A DNA stretch of 64,000 nt, taken from positions 556 through 64,555 of the forward strand of contig JAJEIY010000046.1 of assembly GCA_022828085.1 (NCBI GenBank). The letters run 5' to 3'. The notes under the pieces were generated by a model, which did no database searches, was not told where the DNA came from, and saw only the letters and a program-made list of their open reading frames with translations. Below are positions 28,266-41,254 of the stretch, piece after piece. A program made the translations under genes and the position numbers. The first letter of the stretch is position 1. Each line of letters begins with the position of its first letter. Origin of the DNA: Acidobacteriota bacterium. Its GTDB lineage: Bacteria > Acidobacteriota > Vicinamibacteria > Marinacidobacterales > Marinacidobacteraceae.

Positions 28266-28433
28266 AGAAGAAAACGACAAATCGGAACTCGCCGAAGCGC
28301 GCGCCAGCGCGCGAGGGAGTTTCGATTTGCGGCGCGGAGCGCCGGGCGGTTCCCGGATGGGCCCCCACTTTCCATGAGCGATGGGATCCACCTTGGGCCC
28401 CGATCGTGGCCCATCCTGGGACCGCTCGACGGC

Positions 28434-31637
<3,204 letters not shown>

Positions 31638-31640
31638 AAG

Positions 31641-33290
31641 CTACTCGACACGGCCTTCGAGGAACCACGAGCGACGTTCCCGATCGAAGAAAACCCAGCA
31701 GACGTCGCCGCGTTTCAGGCGGACAAAGAAGTAGTCGCGAGAGACCGGCCGTCCCGAAAGCAGACGCCACCAGCCTCCGGAGACGCGAAAGGGACCGGTA
31801 TAACTCTGAACGGGACCGTGGCCTGGTCCCCGGAGCAGCCAGCCATCGGGTTCGCCCGAACCCCGATGGGGAAGGATGAGCGGCTGGTCGTAGATGCGGC
31901 GAATCAGGCGGGGAGTCCGGGTCTCGAAAAAATCCTGCGGGGGGCTCTTGCCCGGAAGATTCCGGAGGGTGGCCTCTTCCGGAGAAATCGGCCGGCACCG
32001 GTAGCGTCCCCGCGGAAGGTGCGCATCCCGGATTTCCAGCCGGACCAGGGAGTCTTCACCGAATTCGGCCTGAATCCGGGCCAGCGCTTCCGAAGCCCTT
32101 TTCGGACCGGTGGAAAGCGCTTCCCCGGGGCGCTGGTACAGACCGGGTTGTTCCGCGACGTAGCTGCCGCCGAGAGCCCGGAGAACGAGGCCGAGAATCC
32201 TTCTCCCCGGTTCCTCTTCCGGGCTTCGGGAGGGCCTCCGAAGCACTCGCCGCCCGGCGGTGGTTCGGTTCTCCGGCGAGATGGTCCCGAACCGCAGGCG
32301 GAGCAGGGAAAGGAGTTCCACGCCGTCTTCGGTGGGAAGGGCGGGGCGGATCGAACCGGAAACTGGCGGAGCGTCTTCGCATTCCACTTCGTAGGCGAGT
32401 TCGACGACCGCGAGGCCCTGTTTCCCGAGGTCGGCGAGGATCTGGTCGAGCAGGCGCTTCGCGTGGAAGATGAGCCGCTCGATGTCGGTTTCGGGCGGTT
32501 CGAAGGCGATCCGGTGTTCTGCCGGCGTCTCCTGGCGGAAGGTTTCGGAAACCGGCGTGGAACTCGCTCCGGAGCCAAGGCGGTGGAGTTCCAGGACCTC
32601 CTTCCCGAAGCGGTTCGCCAGTCCCCTTCCGGACCGTCCTTCCCCGGCCAGGCGCAGCAGATCCCGAAGCGATGAGATACCGAGCTTTTCCAGGCCGGCG
32701 AGGGTCTTCTCCGGCAGTCCGAAGCGGACGAGCGGGGCCCGGAGAGCAGCGGTTCTTTCCTCGGCGGGACTTTCGAAGATCTGGAGTCCGAAATTGGCCC
32801 GCGCCGCCGCAAAGGAGTTGAACCGGGTAAAGCCCACCGCGATCGAGACGCGGAACCCGTCGCTCCGGAGATCTTTCGAGAGTGCGTCGATCCAGTCCGA
32901 AAGCGGACCGAACAGCCCGGTCAGGCCGGATGCCCGAAGCCAGAAGGTTCCGGCAGCGCCGCACCCGGACAGTTGGGGAGCGAGGGATGAAGCCGATTCG
33001 ACCTGGGGACTCCAGCGGTGGAGCCGCTCAGCCAGCCGGCGGACTTCCCGCTCTGCTTCCGAAGCGCGGACATGGTCGATCCGGAGCGCGGGGCAGCAGG
33101 CGACTGCGGCGGCCTGCCGCATTCCCGGGCGCACCCCGAGAGTGACCGCCCGGCGGTTCGCCCAGGAAATCCGTGCCCGCACCTTGTCCTCGGTGACCAC
33201 CGCCACCGGTTCCTGCCGCCATTCGGGATGTCGCCGCAGCAGGATCTGGAGCGGTAGCGCCGGAACGTCAACACATGCCAGCCGGCTCAC
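31641..33290 (-). CDS. imuB: Y-family polymerase-like protein ImuB
   Basis: MSRLACVDVPALPLQILL... UmuC-like N-terminus, sited between imuA and dnaE2. Confidence 0.75.
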   Translation of the reverse strand: MSRLACVDVPALPLQILLRRHPEWRQEPVAVVTEDKVRARISWANRRAVTLGVRPGMRQAAAVACCPALRIDHVRASEAEREVRRLAERLHRWSPQVESASSLAPQLSGCGAAGTFWLRASGLTGLFGPLSDWIDALSKDLRSDGFRVSIAVGFTRFNSFAAARANFGLQIFESPAEERTAALRAPLVRFGLPEKTLAGLEKLGISSLRDLLRLAGEGRSGRGLANRFGKEVLELHRLGSGASSTPVSETFRQETPAEHRIAFEPPETDIERLIFHAKRLLDQILADLGKQGLAVVELAYEVECEDAPPVSGSIRPALPTEDGVELLSLLRLRFGTISPENRTTAGRRVLRRPSRSPEEEPGRRILGLVLRALGGSYVAEQPGLYQRPGEALSTGPKRASEALARIQAEFGEDSLVRLEIRDAHLPRGRYRCRPISPEEATLRNLPGKSPPQDFFETRTPRLIRRIYDQPLILPHRGSGEPDGWLLRGPGHGPVQSYTGPFRVSGGWWRLLSGRPVSRDYFFVRLKRGDVCWVFFDRERRSWFLEGRVE

Positions 33291-34206
33291 GGCATTTCCT
33301 TTCGAACCGGACTCCGGGGAGCAGGCGGTCCCGGCCCCGGAGCGGCGGCAGCCCCGGAGAGGAGGGAATTCCGTTCCCCTTGTCCTTGAGAACGGTGACG
33401 ACGATGCCGTTTCCCCTGCGGCTCGCGTCGAAGCGCTTGCTGACCCGAGGGTCGAGTGATGGGGCGGCCGGCGGTTTGTCGGTCAGCAGGGCGACCGCGG
33501 TTCGATATTTGTGCGCGAGTCCGGCAAGCCGCGACAGATGAGGGAGCCCTGGAGGAGTGCTGAAACGGGACATGGGAGTCCTCCCGGATGCCGCGGCGGA
33601 GTCCGGCCCCGATTCCCGAACCGATTGAGGACCGGAACGCTCCGGCGGGAGCGAATCGGCGAGGTCCACGACCACCAGTCCGAAAGCTCCCGAATGGACA
33701 ACCCGGGTGGCGGCGCGAATCTGCGCTCCCGATGTTTCCAGCCGCAGCAGGACCAACCGGTCCAGTGCAATCCCCGATTCCACCGCATCCGGGGGAAAGA
33801 AGAGACTGCGGGTCGTCGCTATCCAGGCGATCAGGGCGGGGTTTGGGGCGGAGTCGGGGTGCGCCCCCGGACCCGGCCCGGGATTCGGAGCGGAATGCCG
33901 GCGGTAGCGGAGTTTTTCGTGCCGGAACTGATGATGCTGGGCCTCGGCAACCAGCGCCAGCGCCGAAGACAGGACGCCGGAATCAGCCGTCCCGGAAATT
34001 TCCACGAGGCTGCCGGCAAGCCGGGCAAGCCCCCACTTCGCGATTTCCTGGTCAGGAGACGGTTCCTGGATCCGGGATGGGTGGATTCGGCGGAGTCCGG
34101 GGTGTCTGGAAAGGACATCGGAGCGGCCACCGGACGGAACCGGGGATCGAACGGGAGCGAGGGTTTGCTGCATCACGGTTTTTCTCTCGGCGGACATCGG
34201 GTTCAA
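33268..34206 (-). CDS. imuA: translesion-synthesis-associated protein ImuA (RecA/SulA-like)
   Basis: SGAFGLVVVDL RecA-fold segment; sited between lexA and imuB; start uncertain. Confidence 0.55.
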   Translation of the reverse strand: MNPMSAERKTVMQQTLAPVRSPVPSGGRSDVLSRHPGLRRIHPSRIQEPSPDQEIAKWGLARLAGSLVEISGTADSGVLSSALALVAEAQHHQFRHEKLRYRRHSAPNPGPGPGAHPDSAPNPALIAWIATTRSLFFPPDAVESGIALDRLVLLRLETSGAQIRAATRVVHSGAFGLVVVDLADSLPPERSGPQSVRESGPDSAAASGRTPMSRFSTPPGLPHLSRLAGLAHKYRTAVALLTDKPPAAPSLDPRVSKRFDASRRGNGIVVTVLKDKGNGIPSSPGLPPLRGRDRLLPGVRFERKCREPAGMC

Positions 34207-34227
34207 CAGGCAGATCTCATGGGGGAT

Positions 34228-34863
34228 TCAGCGGAGTTGACGTCGCAATTCCACGACCCTCCCGAGGATCCGGCAGGATCCGGGAGATGGACGGAGCGTG
34301 TCGAAATCGGGGTTTTCCGGACGTAGCTCCATCCCGTCCTGTCCCAGGTGAAGCCGCTTCACCGTGGCTTCTTCTTCAAGGAGCGCCACCACGATCTGAC
34401 CGGAAACGGGCGTTCCCCGCCGTTCGACGATGACGGTGTCTCCGGGCAGGATGCCGGCGCCGGACATGCTCTCCCCTCGAACCCGGAGGGCGAAATAGTC
34501 CGAGAGATCCCGGGAATCGGGGATTTCTACCGGGAGATTCCCCTCCGGGTTCTCGATGGCCTCTTCGAAACCGCCGGCGGCGACTTCACCCAGGAGGGGG
34601 ACTGGCTGAAGGCGGCCCGTGGGCCAGTCCGGCGCCGGGGAAGAGAACCGTTTGGGCAGGCGGTAGCCACGGGCCCGGCCCGGCTCCTTGACCAGGCGTC
34701 CCTCTTCGACAAGAGCGGTGAGATGGGCCCGGACGGTCTCGACGGCCCGGAAACCGAAGTGCCGCTGCACTTCGCGAAGGGAAGGGGAGTCTCCCCGCAG
34801 AAGACAGTCGCGCACGAAGCGGAAAACTCGATTCCGGGTCTGTCCCGGAGGGGTTTTGGGCAT
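34228..34863 (-). CDS. lexA: LexA repressor
   Basis: wHTH N-domain, Ala-Gly cleavage site (VAAGGF) and S24 peptidase Ser/Lys (GESMSGAGILPGD...VKRL). Confidence 0.85.
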   Translation of the reverse strand: MPKTPPGQTRNRVFRFVRDCLLRGDSPSLREVQRHFGFRAVETVRAHLTALVEEGRLVKEPGRARGYRLPKRFSSPAPDWPTGRLQPVPLLGEVAAGGFEEAIENPEGNLPVEIPDSRDLSDYFALRVRGESMSGAGILPGDTVIVERRGTPVSGQIVVALLEEEATVKRLHLGQDGMELRPENPDFDTLRPSPGSCRILGRVVELRRQLR

Positions 34864-34876
34864 GCGCACAGCATAA

Positions 34877-34900
34877 CAGACATTTGTCTGGTATGCCAGA
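34877..34900. promoter_or_regulatory. two overlapping perfect palindromes, CAGACA-TT-TGTCTG and TCTGG-TATG-CCAGA, 14-37 nt upstream of the lexA start: candidate SOS (LexA) operator
   Basis: Read directly from the sequence. Position matches an autoregulated lexA-imuA-imuB-dnaE2 operon. Confidence 0.4.
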
Positions 34901-34994
34901 GCAAGGAGACAACCAGGGATTGGCGGGTGGGGAGGTGCTTCGCCTCCCTACGGTCGGCGATGCCGGCCGGAGGCCGGCGCTCCGACGCCTGTCG

Positions 34995-35798
34995 TCAGAA
35001 CGGCACGTCGTCGACGTCGTCGCTCGTATTCACTCCGCTGGATCCCCAGGCGTCCGGCTGCTTCCGCTCCCCGCGCGACCCGGAGTCCGTTCCGGATCTC
35101 TGGCCGGAAGCCCGGCCCGCGGACCCGTAGCCGCCGCGTCCCGAGCTGCCGCTGCCCAGGACCGAGTGGGCCCGGGTCTCGGTGACCCGCCGTTCCCGCC
35201 CGCTGCGATCGTTGTACTTGCGGGTCTGCAGCATGCCCTCGGCGAGGATTCGCTGTCCTTTCTCGAGCTGGCCCTCGAGCCGCTGTGCGGGTTCTCCGAA
35301 CACCGCGACCTGGTGCCACTCGGTCTCCTCGTTCGTCTCCCCGTTCCGCCGGGTCCAGCTCTCGCTGGTGGCGATCCGCAAATTCATCACCATGAAGTTG
35401 TCGAACTTCCGGAGTTCCGGGGTCTGGCCGAGGTTGCCCAGCACGATGGAGCGGTTGACGCCCGGTTCGGCGCTCTCGGAGGCGCGCACGATGTCGGCCC
35501 GGACATCCGTGGCATACACGTCCTCACCTTCCTGGTTCCGGTACTTGCGGGTCCGCAGCTGCCCCTCGACGTACACCGGGCTGTCGGGCGCGAGGCCTTC
35601 GGCGACTTCCGCGTTCCGCTCCCCGCGAACCGCGACCCGGTGCCAGGCGGGCCGTTCCCGCATCGCGCCGGTCTCGTCGTTTTCGATGGTCACCGTCTTC
35701 ACGTTCAGGGTGACCAGTTTCCGTCCGTCGTCGAAGACACGCGTTCGCGGGGCATCGGAAACCACCCCGCGCAGCACGATCTTGTTCACATCTCGCAT
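34995..35798 (-). CDS. ssb: single-stranded DNA-binding protein with two tandem OB folds per polypeptide
   Basis: Two SSB-like OB domains (MRDVNKIVLRGVV... and NRSIVLGNLGQTPELRKF...EWHQVAVFG), a Gly-rich linker and an acidic tail DDVDDVPF. Confidence 0.8.
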   Translation of the reverse strand: MRDVNKIVLRGVVSDAPRTRVFDDGRKLVTLNVKTVTIENDETGAMRERPAWHRVAVRGERNAEVAEGLAPDSPVYVEGQLRTRKYRNQEGEDVYATDVRADIVRASESAEPGVNRSIVLGNLGQTPELRKFDNFMVMNLRIATSESWTRRNGETNEETEWHQVAVFGEPAQRLEGQLEKGQRILAEGMLQTRKYNDRSGRERRVTETRAHSVLGSGSSGRGGYGSAGRASGQRSGTDSGSRGERKQPDAWGSSGVNTSDDVDDVPF

Positions 35799-35836
35799 CT
35801 CATCCACTCCTTCCGGCCGCATCGAGCGACCGGTTC

Positions 35837-36769
35837 TCACACGCCGGGATCCCTCGGGGGCAGGGCGTCCAGCTCTCTTTGCGCCAGACGCGCCGCCGTG
35901 GTGCCGGCAAAAACATCCAATATGTCTTCAAAGATCTCCCGTGCGTCGGACTCATGGCCCATCCGCCCGAGAATGAGGCCTCGCTTGTACCAGGCCTCGC
36001 CAATTTTGCTGCTCTCCGGGAAGTCATCGATGACTTTCACAAAGTGCTCGAGAGCGTCGTCCAGCCGGTCCTGGGCCAGCCGGCATTCCCCCATGAAATA
36101 GCGGGCGTTGTCCGCGAGTTCGCCGCCCAGGTCGACGACCCGCTCGAAACCCGTGAACGCAAGGTCATAGCGCCCCTGGAGATAGTCGGAGTCGGCCTGC
36201 AGATAGATTTCGGAAACGCTTGGTTCGTCCAGAACCGTCGCCTCTTGTTCGCCGCCTTCCTCGCCGGAGCCCTCGTCCCGGGTTGATTCGTCCCCGACCG
36301 CGGCTTCCGGCGCCTCGGCCTCTTCACCGTCCGGAGGCGCCGTGTCGTCACCCTCCCCGGAACCGCCGTCCAGGAGCGCGGCGCGGCGCTGCGCCTCCCG
36401 CACCGACTCGACTTCCACCATGAGGGCCGACAGGCGTTCATTCGTGTCCCGGAAGGCCTCGCTCAGCGTCGCGACGCTCCGTTCCATGCGTTCGAGCGAA
36501 TTCATCGTTTCGGCGCGGCTCTGGCGATCGGCGGTGATCGCTTCCTCCCGCTCGGCGAGGAGGGCTTCCACGGCCTGGGAGAGGGCGGTCTGCGCTTCGA
36601 CGAGTGTCGCGAGCTGCACCTGGATCTGCCGGATCTCGGACACGATGCGGTTCTGATCCCGTTGGGCGCCGGCCGGTGCCGCGCCAAGGAGCGTGGTCGC
36701 GGACAGGGAACCGAGGAGGATCGCGGCGATGAACGCCGCTCTGGGGGACGCGGTTCGGAAGGACTTCAC
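35837..36769 (-). CDS. cpoB: Tol-Pal system protein YbgF/CpoB (coiled coil plus TPR)
   Basis: Signal peptide, a coiled-coil region and C-terminal TPR-like repeats (AWYKRGLILGRMG); immediately downstream of pal. Confidence 0.7.
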   Translation of the reverse strand: MKSFRTASPRAAFIAAILLGSLSATTLLGAAPAGAQRDQNRIVSEIRQIQVQLATLVEAQTALSQAVEALLAEREEAITADRQSRAETMNSLERMERSVATLSEAFRDTNERLSALMVEVESVREAQRRAALLDGGSGEGDDTAPPDGEEAEAPEAAVGDESTRDEGSGEEGGEQEATVLDEPSVSEIYLQADSDYLQGRYDLAFTGFERVVDLGGELADNARYFMGECRLAQDRLDDALEHFVKVIDDFPESSKIGEAWYKRGLILGRMGHESDAREIFEDILDVFAGTTAARLAQRELDALPPRDPGV

Positions 36770-37395
36770 TTGGCGACGATCTCCAGATGGGCGCGGCGGT
36801 TTCGCCGCCAGGCGGCCTCGTTATGGCCCGGATCGAGAGGGAATTCCTTGCCGTAACTGATGATCCGCATCCGCCCGGAACCGACGCCGAGGTCCCGCAG
36901 GTAGTCGCGGACGGCCCGCGCGCGTTCTTCCCCGAGCGCCAGGTTGTACTCCACGGTGCCGCGTTCGTCGCAGTGGCCTTCGACGAGGATGCTGACCGAG
37001 GGGTAGCGGGACAACCACGCGGCGTTCTCCTCGAGGGTGGCCCGCATTGCGGCGCTCAGTTGGGCGCTGTCGTACTCGAACTGCACGTCCTTGAGGTGCC
37101 CTTCGGTGTTCAACTCCTCGAGGCTCTTCGCTCCGATGTCCAGCAGGTCGGTTTCGCTTCCCACCTCGGGCGGGATGGCCAGGATTTCGTCCTCGGTCAA
37201 CCCGCTGGAATTCGAGGGCTCCGGGTCGGATGCGGGTTCGCTGGCGGCCTCCGAAGCTTCCGGCGCCATCGGGCCGGCTGTCGGGTCACTCCCGGTTGCC
37301 GGAGTGCGGTTGACGGAAGAGCACGCGAAGCCCGCCAGCAGGAGGACGGCCGGGAGCGCGAGGCGGGTCGAAAGGAGTCTCGAATCTAGTTTCAT
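36766..37395 (-). CDS. pal: peptidoglycan-associated lipoprotein Pal (OmpA family)
   Basis: Lipobox LLLAGFACSS and an OmpA C-terminal domain (VEGHCDERGTVEYNLALGEERA). Confidence 0.8.
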   Translation of the reverse strand: MKLDSRLLSTRLALPAVLLLAGFACSSVNRTPATGSDPTAGPMAPEASEAASEPASDPEPSNSSGLTEDEILAIPPEVGSETDLLDIGAKSLEELNTEGHLKDVQFEYDSAQLSAAMRATLEENAAWLSRYPSVSILVEGHCDERGTVEYNLALGEERARAVRDYLRDLGVGSGRMRIISYGKEFPLDPGHNEAAWRRNRRAHLEIVAK

Positions 37396-37405
37396 GGGGG
37401 CGATT

Positions 37406-38920
37406 TCAGCGCGGGTTCCCGGGAGGATTGCCCCAGCGCGGGGTGGTGTTGCTCCCTTCGCGGGTGAGCTGCTTCAGATTGGAGCCGTCCCGATGCATCG
37501 TGAACACCTGGTCGTCGCCGGCCCGGTTGGATGCGAACGCGATGTGCAGGCCGTTGGGAGCCCAGGAGGGACTCTCGTTGCTGCCGCGGCCGGTGGTGAG
37601 CTGGCGGGTCTGCCGGGTCTCGAAATCATGGACGACGATGTCGAAGGGACGGCGTTCGATCCGGGAGGCGTAGGCGATCTCGCTGTGCTGGCGTGACGGG
37701 GACCAGGCGGGGGAATCGTTCCACGATCCCTCGAAGGAGACCCGCCGCAGATTCAGGCCGTCCCGGTCCATGGTGTAGATCTGCGGAGCGCCGGTCCGAT
37801 CCGAGGTGAAGGCGATCGTGCGTCCGTTCGGGGACCAGGCGGGGGCGACGTCGATGGCGCGGTTGTCCGTGAGCCGCCGCAGTTCGGCGCCGTCCACCGC
37901 GGCCAGATAGATCTCCGACTGGCCGTCCCGATTCGAAGTGAAGGCGATCCACCTTCCATCCGGGGACCAGGCGGGGGTGAAGGACTGGAAGTCCCCGACG
38001 AGTTTCTCGCCCCGGCCCTGATAAAGGAAGGCGAGGTAGAGGGCGGGAGCGCCTTCGCGGTAGGAGATATAGCTGAGCGCCCGCCCGTCCGGCGACCAGC
38101 TCGGGGTGATGTTCAGGGAGCCGTTGGCGGTCACCGGGCGTTGCCCGTAACCGTCGTAGTCCATCAGGTAGATCTCCTTGCTGCGCGGTCCCGAGCGGCT
38201 GGTGGAGAAGGCGATCCGGGTGCGGGCGACTCCCTGGTAGTTCCCGGCGTGTTGCAGGATGTCGTCCGCGATCCGGTGGGCGAGCGTCCGCGCGGCGCCG
38301 CGGGCCGCCGTGTAGCGGCGGCCGAAGACGTTCTCCTGGGCCCGCACGGCGTGCATCCGCACCTCGGCAACCAGCATCTCGCCCTCGATCCGGAGAGTTC
38401 CGCTGACCAGGATGTCGGCGCCGATCGACTCCCACTGGTAGTAGTCGAGAACGCCGTCCGGCGATCCGGCTTCCGCGATCCGGTAGAAGCGCTTCGGAAG
38501 CATCCGGTAGACGCCGGCGTACTCGATGTCGCTCCACAGGACGGCGCTGGCCACCGAAGCCGATTCGGCCGCTTCTTCGGCCGGCGTGAATCCCGCGTCG
38601 TCAAGCGGCTCCGGCGAGGCGGTGTCCGTTTCCCCGGCCCGGATCCCGCTCTCGGCGGCTTCGGGCGGCGCCAACCGGAAGTCCGGGATGGCCATCCTCA
38701 CCGGAGCTCCCGGACGGGTGATGTCGAGGTACCAGTCGCCGGCGTCCTGGCGGGCGTTTTCGGCCGCGGACGCCCCGAGACTCGTGACTTCCACCGCTCG
38801 AGAGGCGCTTCCGGCGAACCCGGCAATCCCGGTCACCGGGACGAAACCCGCGGCGACGCCGGTGGCGAGCGCGGCGCCGAGGAGTCCGAGGGCGAGACGA
38901 GGCAGGCGAGGAGGCTTCAT
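37406..38920 (-). CDS. tolB: Tol-Pal system beta-propeller protein TolB
   Basis: Repeated PAWSPDGR.IAF.S.RDG..(E/Q)IY blades; 504 aa. Confidence 0.85.
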   Translation of the reverse strand: MKPPRLPRLALGLLGAALATGVAAGFVPVTGIAGFAGSASRAVEVTSLGASAAENARQDAGDWYLDITRPGAPVRMAIPDFRLAPPEAAESGIRAGETDTASPEPLDDAGFTPAEEAAESASVASAVLWSDIEYAGVYRMLPKRFYRIAEAGSPDGVLDYYQWESIGADILVSGTLRIEGEMLVAEVRMHAVRAQENVFGRRYTAARGAARTLAHRIADDILQHAGNYQGVARTRIAFSTSRSGPRSKEIYLMDYDGYGQRPVTANGSLNITPSWSPDGRALSYISYREGAPALYLAFLYQGRGEKLVGDFQSFTPAWSPDGRWIAFTSNRDGQSEIYLAAVDGAELRRLTDNRAIDVAPAWSPNGRTIAFTSDRTGAPQIYTMDRDGLNLRRVSFEGSWNDSPAWSPSRQHSEIAYASRIERRPFDIVVHDFETRQTRQLTTGRGSNESPSWAPNGLHIAFASNRAGDDQVFTMHRDGSNLKQLTREGSNTTPRWGNPPGNPR

Positions 38921-39870
38921 GGAACCTCGGGCGCCGGTCCGTCCGGGCTTCCGGCCGCTTCCTGCTCGTAGGTGAAGAGCAGATGGACGCCGACGCGGTC
39001 TCTCGGATAACTGTCGGGAAGCCGGGGGAGGGGTTCGGCCAGCACGACCGCCCGGAGCGCCGCCCGGTCGAGGAGCGACTGGCCGCTCGAGGTTTCCACC
39101 TCCGCGTCGCTGATGGCCCCGTCGCGGAAGATCGTGAAACGGATGACGACGGTGGCCCGGCCCCGAACCGGAATCTGCTGCCAGTTGGCCTGAATCCGGG
39201 CGATCATCTGGCGCTGGTAGAAGGCGTACTCGAAGTCCTGGTCGAAGCGCGTGCCTCCCGGCGTTCCTCCGAGGCCGATCCCGGTGTTGCCGGACGCCTG
39301 CCGGTCGGCCGCGCCCGTGTTGGAGGGCCTCCGGGTGGGCCGGGAGCTGGTATCGACGGGACGGCGGGTCTCGAGCCGCGCGGAATCAGCCCACGCGGCA
39401 TCGCGGCCCCGCAGACCGGATTCGGGCCGCTCGGGGCGCGCCGCCCGGCGTCGGGCCCGGGCGTCGGGCACGGGCATGCGGTCGCGGTTCTCCACCGTCG
39501 GGCGCGCCACTTCCGGACGCGACGCCGGAGGTTCCGGGACGGGTTCGGGTTCCGGCGCCGGAGGCTCGGGAGCGGGCGGCTCCGGTTCGGGTTCCGGGAC
39601 CGGCTCCGGGGCAGGGGGCGGCGCCGTGGCGCGCCCCAGACTGGGGGTTGGACTCGGGCCCGACATCCCGAGTTCGATGAAGGCCGCGGAAGGAGGCGCC
39701 AGATCGCGGCCCGATTCCAGCTCGAGGCCCACGGCGGCGCCCCCGAGCAGCACGACGTGAGCGATCGCGGACCAGATCAGGTGGCGCCGGAACGGTTCGT
39801 CCGCCCGGCCCGGTCGCGAGGCTGCCGCCGGTCCTCGCCGGGTGGGCGAAGTCCGGGGTGGATCCGGCAC
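38917..39870 (-). CDS. tolA: TolA / TonB-family energy transducer (TM anchor, PE-rich linker, TonB-like C-terminal domain)
   Basis: TM HLIWSAIAHVVLLGG, an (EP)n linker and a C-terminal TonB-like fold, sited between tolR and tolB. Confidence 0.6.
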   Translation of the reverse strand: MPDPPRTSPTRRGPAAASRPGRADEPFRRHLIWSAIAHVVLLGGAAVGLELESGRDLAPPSAAFIELGMSGPSPTPSLGRATAPPPAPEPVPEPEPEPPAPEPPAPEPEPVPEPPASRPEVARPTVENRDRMPVPDARARRRAARPERPESGLRGRDAAWADSARLETRRPVDTSSRPTRRPSNTGAADRQASGNTGIGLGGTPGGTRFDQDFEYAFYQRQMIARIQANWQQIPVRGRATVVIRFTIFRDGAISDAEVETSSGQSLLDRAALRAVVLAEPLPRLPDSYPRDRVGVHLLFTYEQEAAGSPDGPAPEVP

Positions 39871-39876
39871 GAACAG

Positions 39877-40368
39877 CTACCTTTGCCGTTGTTCGCCGGG
39901 GTAGGCGTACACGAGACCCACACGGTCGAAACCCGCACGTTTCATCGTGTCTATTACCTCGATGACCTGTCCGTATTCTAGCGAGACATCCCCCTGCAGA
40001 TAGCCTTCGCGAGCCCCTTCCAGATCGACGATTTCGCGAAGCCGCTCCTCGAGCAGCAACGGGTTTACCGCCCGCTCGCCGACAAAGGTGCGGCCCTCGG
40101 CGTCCACGGTGACGATGACGCGCTCGGTGGCCTCGGCGGACCGCATCCGGGCGGTCGGCAGGTTCACCTCGAGGGAGCGGACGAGAAGTGGAGCGGTCAC
40201 CATGAAGATGATCAGCAATACCAGTACCACGTCCACGAAAGGGGTGACGTTGATCTCGGAAAGCGCGCTTCCCGCTCCCGCTCGCCGGCGGGCGCCGAGC
40301 TCGGCGAGGGCGGAACCGGAACCCGTTCTCGAACCTCCAGCGGCGCCGCCGGCGGTTCCCATCCCCAT
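39877..40368 (-). CDS. tolR: TolR/ExbD biopolymer transport protein
   Basis: EINVTPFVDVVLVLLIIFMV motif; start uncertain. Confidence 0.75.
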   Translation of the reverse strand: MGMGTAGGAAGGSRTGSGSALAELGARRRAGAGSALSEINVTPFVDVVLVLLIIFMVTAPLLVRSLEVNLPTARMRSAEATERVIVTVDAEGRTFVGERAVNPLLLEERLREIVDLEGAREGYLQGDVSLEYGQVIEVIDTMKRAGFDRVGLVYAYPGEQRQR

Positions 40369-40372
40369 GCCG

Positions 40373-41254
40373 TCAGCGGGCCAGGTGCCGTTCCAGCATG
40401 GCCACGTACTCCATGGAAAAATCGTCCATCGTGGTGGTGATCCGGCGGATCTGCGCCAGGAACGCGTTGTAGGCGATGACGGCCGGGATCGCCGCCCCGA
40501 GTCCGGCGGCGGTCGCGATCAGGGCTTCCGATACGCCGGGGGCGACCACGCTGATGTTCGCCGACTGGGTGAGCGCGATGTCCCGGAAGGAGTTCATGAT
40601 GCCCCAGACGGTCCCGAACAGTCCAATGAACGGGGTGGCGCCGCCGGTCGTCGCCAGAAACATCATCCGATGCTCCAGCGCCGCCGTCTCGGTGGACGAA
40701 GCCCGGAGCAGCGATCGCGCCACGGCTTCCATGTTCGAGACCCGCAGGCGGACCGGTTCCTCGTCTTCCTGGTCCTGCCGGGACTGATAGCGGACCTCCT
40801 GGTAGCCGGCGTGGAACAGCCTCGCCAGCGGGCTGTCGGGATGTTTCCGGGCCCAGGCGACGACGTCCGCGAACCGCTTGGCGGACCGGAAGTGGTTCAG
40901 GAAGGCGGCCGAGCTCCGCTCCAGCCGGCCGAGCCGCCGTGACTTGTGCAGGATGATGGCCCAGGAGACGAGGCTGAAGAAGAGCAACGTGGCGAGCACG
41001 AACCAGGCGACCGGCCCCGCCTCCACCACGAGCGCCAGGAAACCGCCCTCATCGAGGAATCCGGTGGAGGAATCGAGTTCGACGGCGGTCACCGCTTCGT
41101 CGATGGTCTCGGCAGCCTGGGGTTCGGGCGGCACCTGCCCCGCCAACACGGCGCTGGGCAACAGCAGCGAGACTCCGGCCCGGAAGAGAGCGTGAAGCAA
41201 AGCCGTGAACCGGGCGAACACGTAGGAGCGGCGGGAAACCCGAATACCCAACAT
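40373..41254 (-). CDS. tolQ: TolQ/ExbB proton-channel protein
   Basis: MotA/TolQ/ExbB C-terminal motif (LATTGGATPFIGLFGTVWGIMNSF). Internal ATG at 41254; the tool ORF start at 41764 is an over-extension. Confidence 0.8.
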   Translation of the reverse strand: MLGIRVSRRSYVFARFTALLHALFRAGVSLLLPSAVLAGQVPPEPQAAETIDEAVTAVELDSSTGFLDEGGFLALVVEAGPVAWFVLATLLFFSLVSWAIILHKSRRLGRLERSSAAFLNHFRSAKRFADVVAWARKHPDSPLARLFHAGYQEVRYQSRQDQEDEEPVRLRVSNMEAVARSLLRASSTETAALEHRMMFLATTGGATPFIGLFGTVWGIMNSFRDIALTQSANISVVAPGVSEALIATAAGLGAAIPAVIAYNAFLAQIRRITTTMDDFSMEYVAMLERHLAR

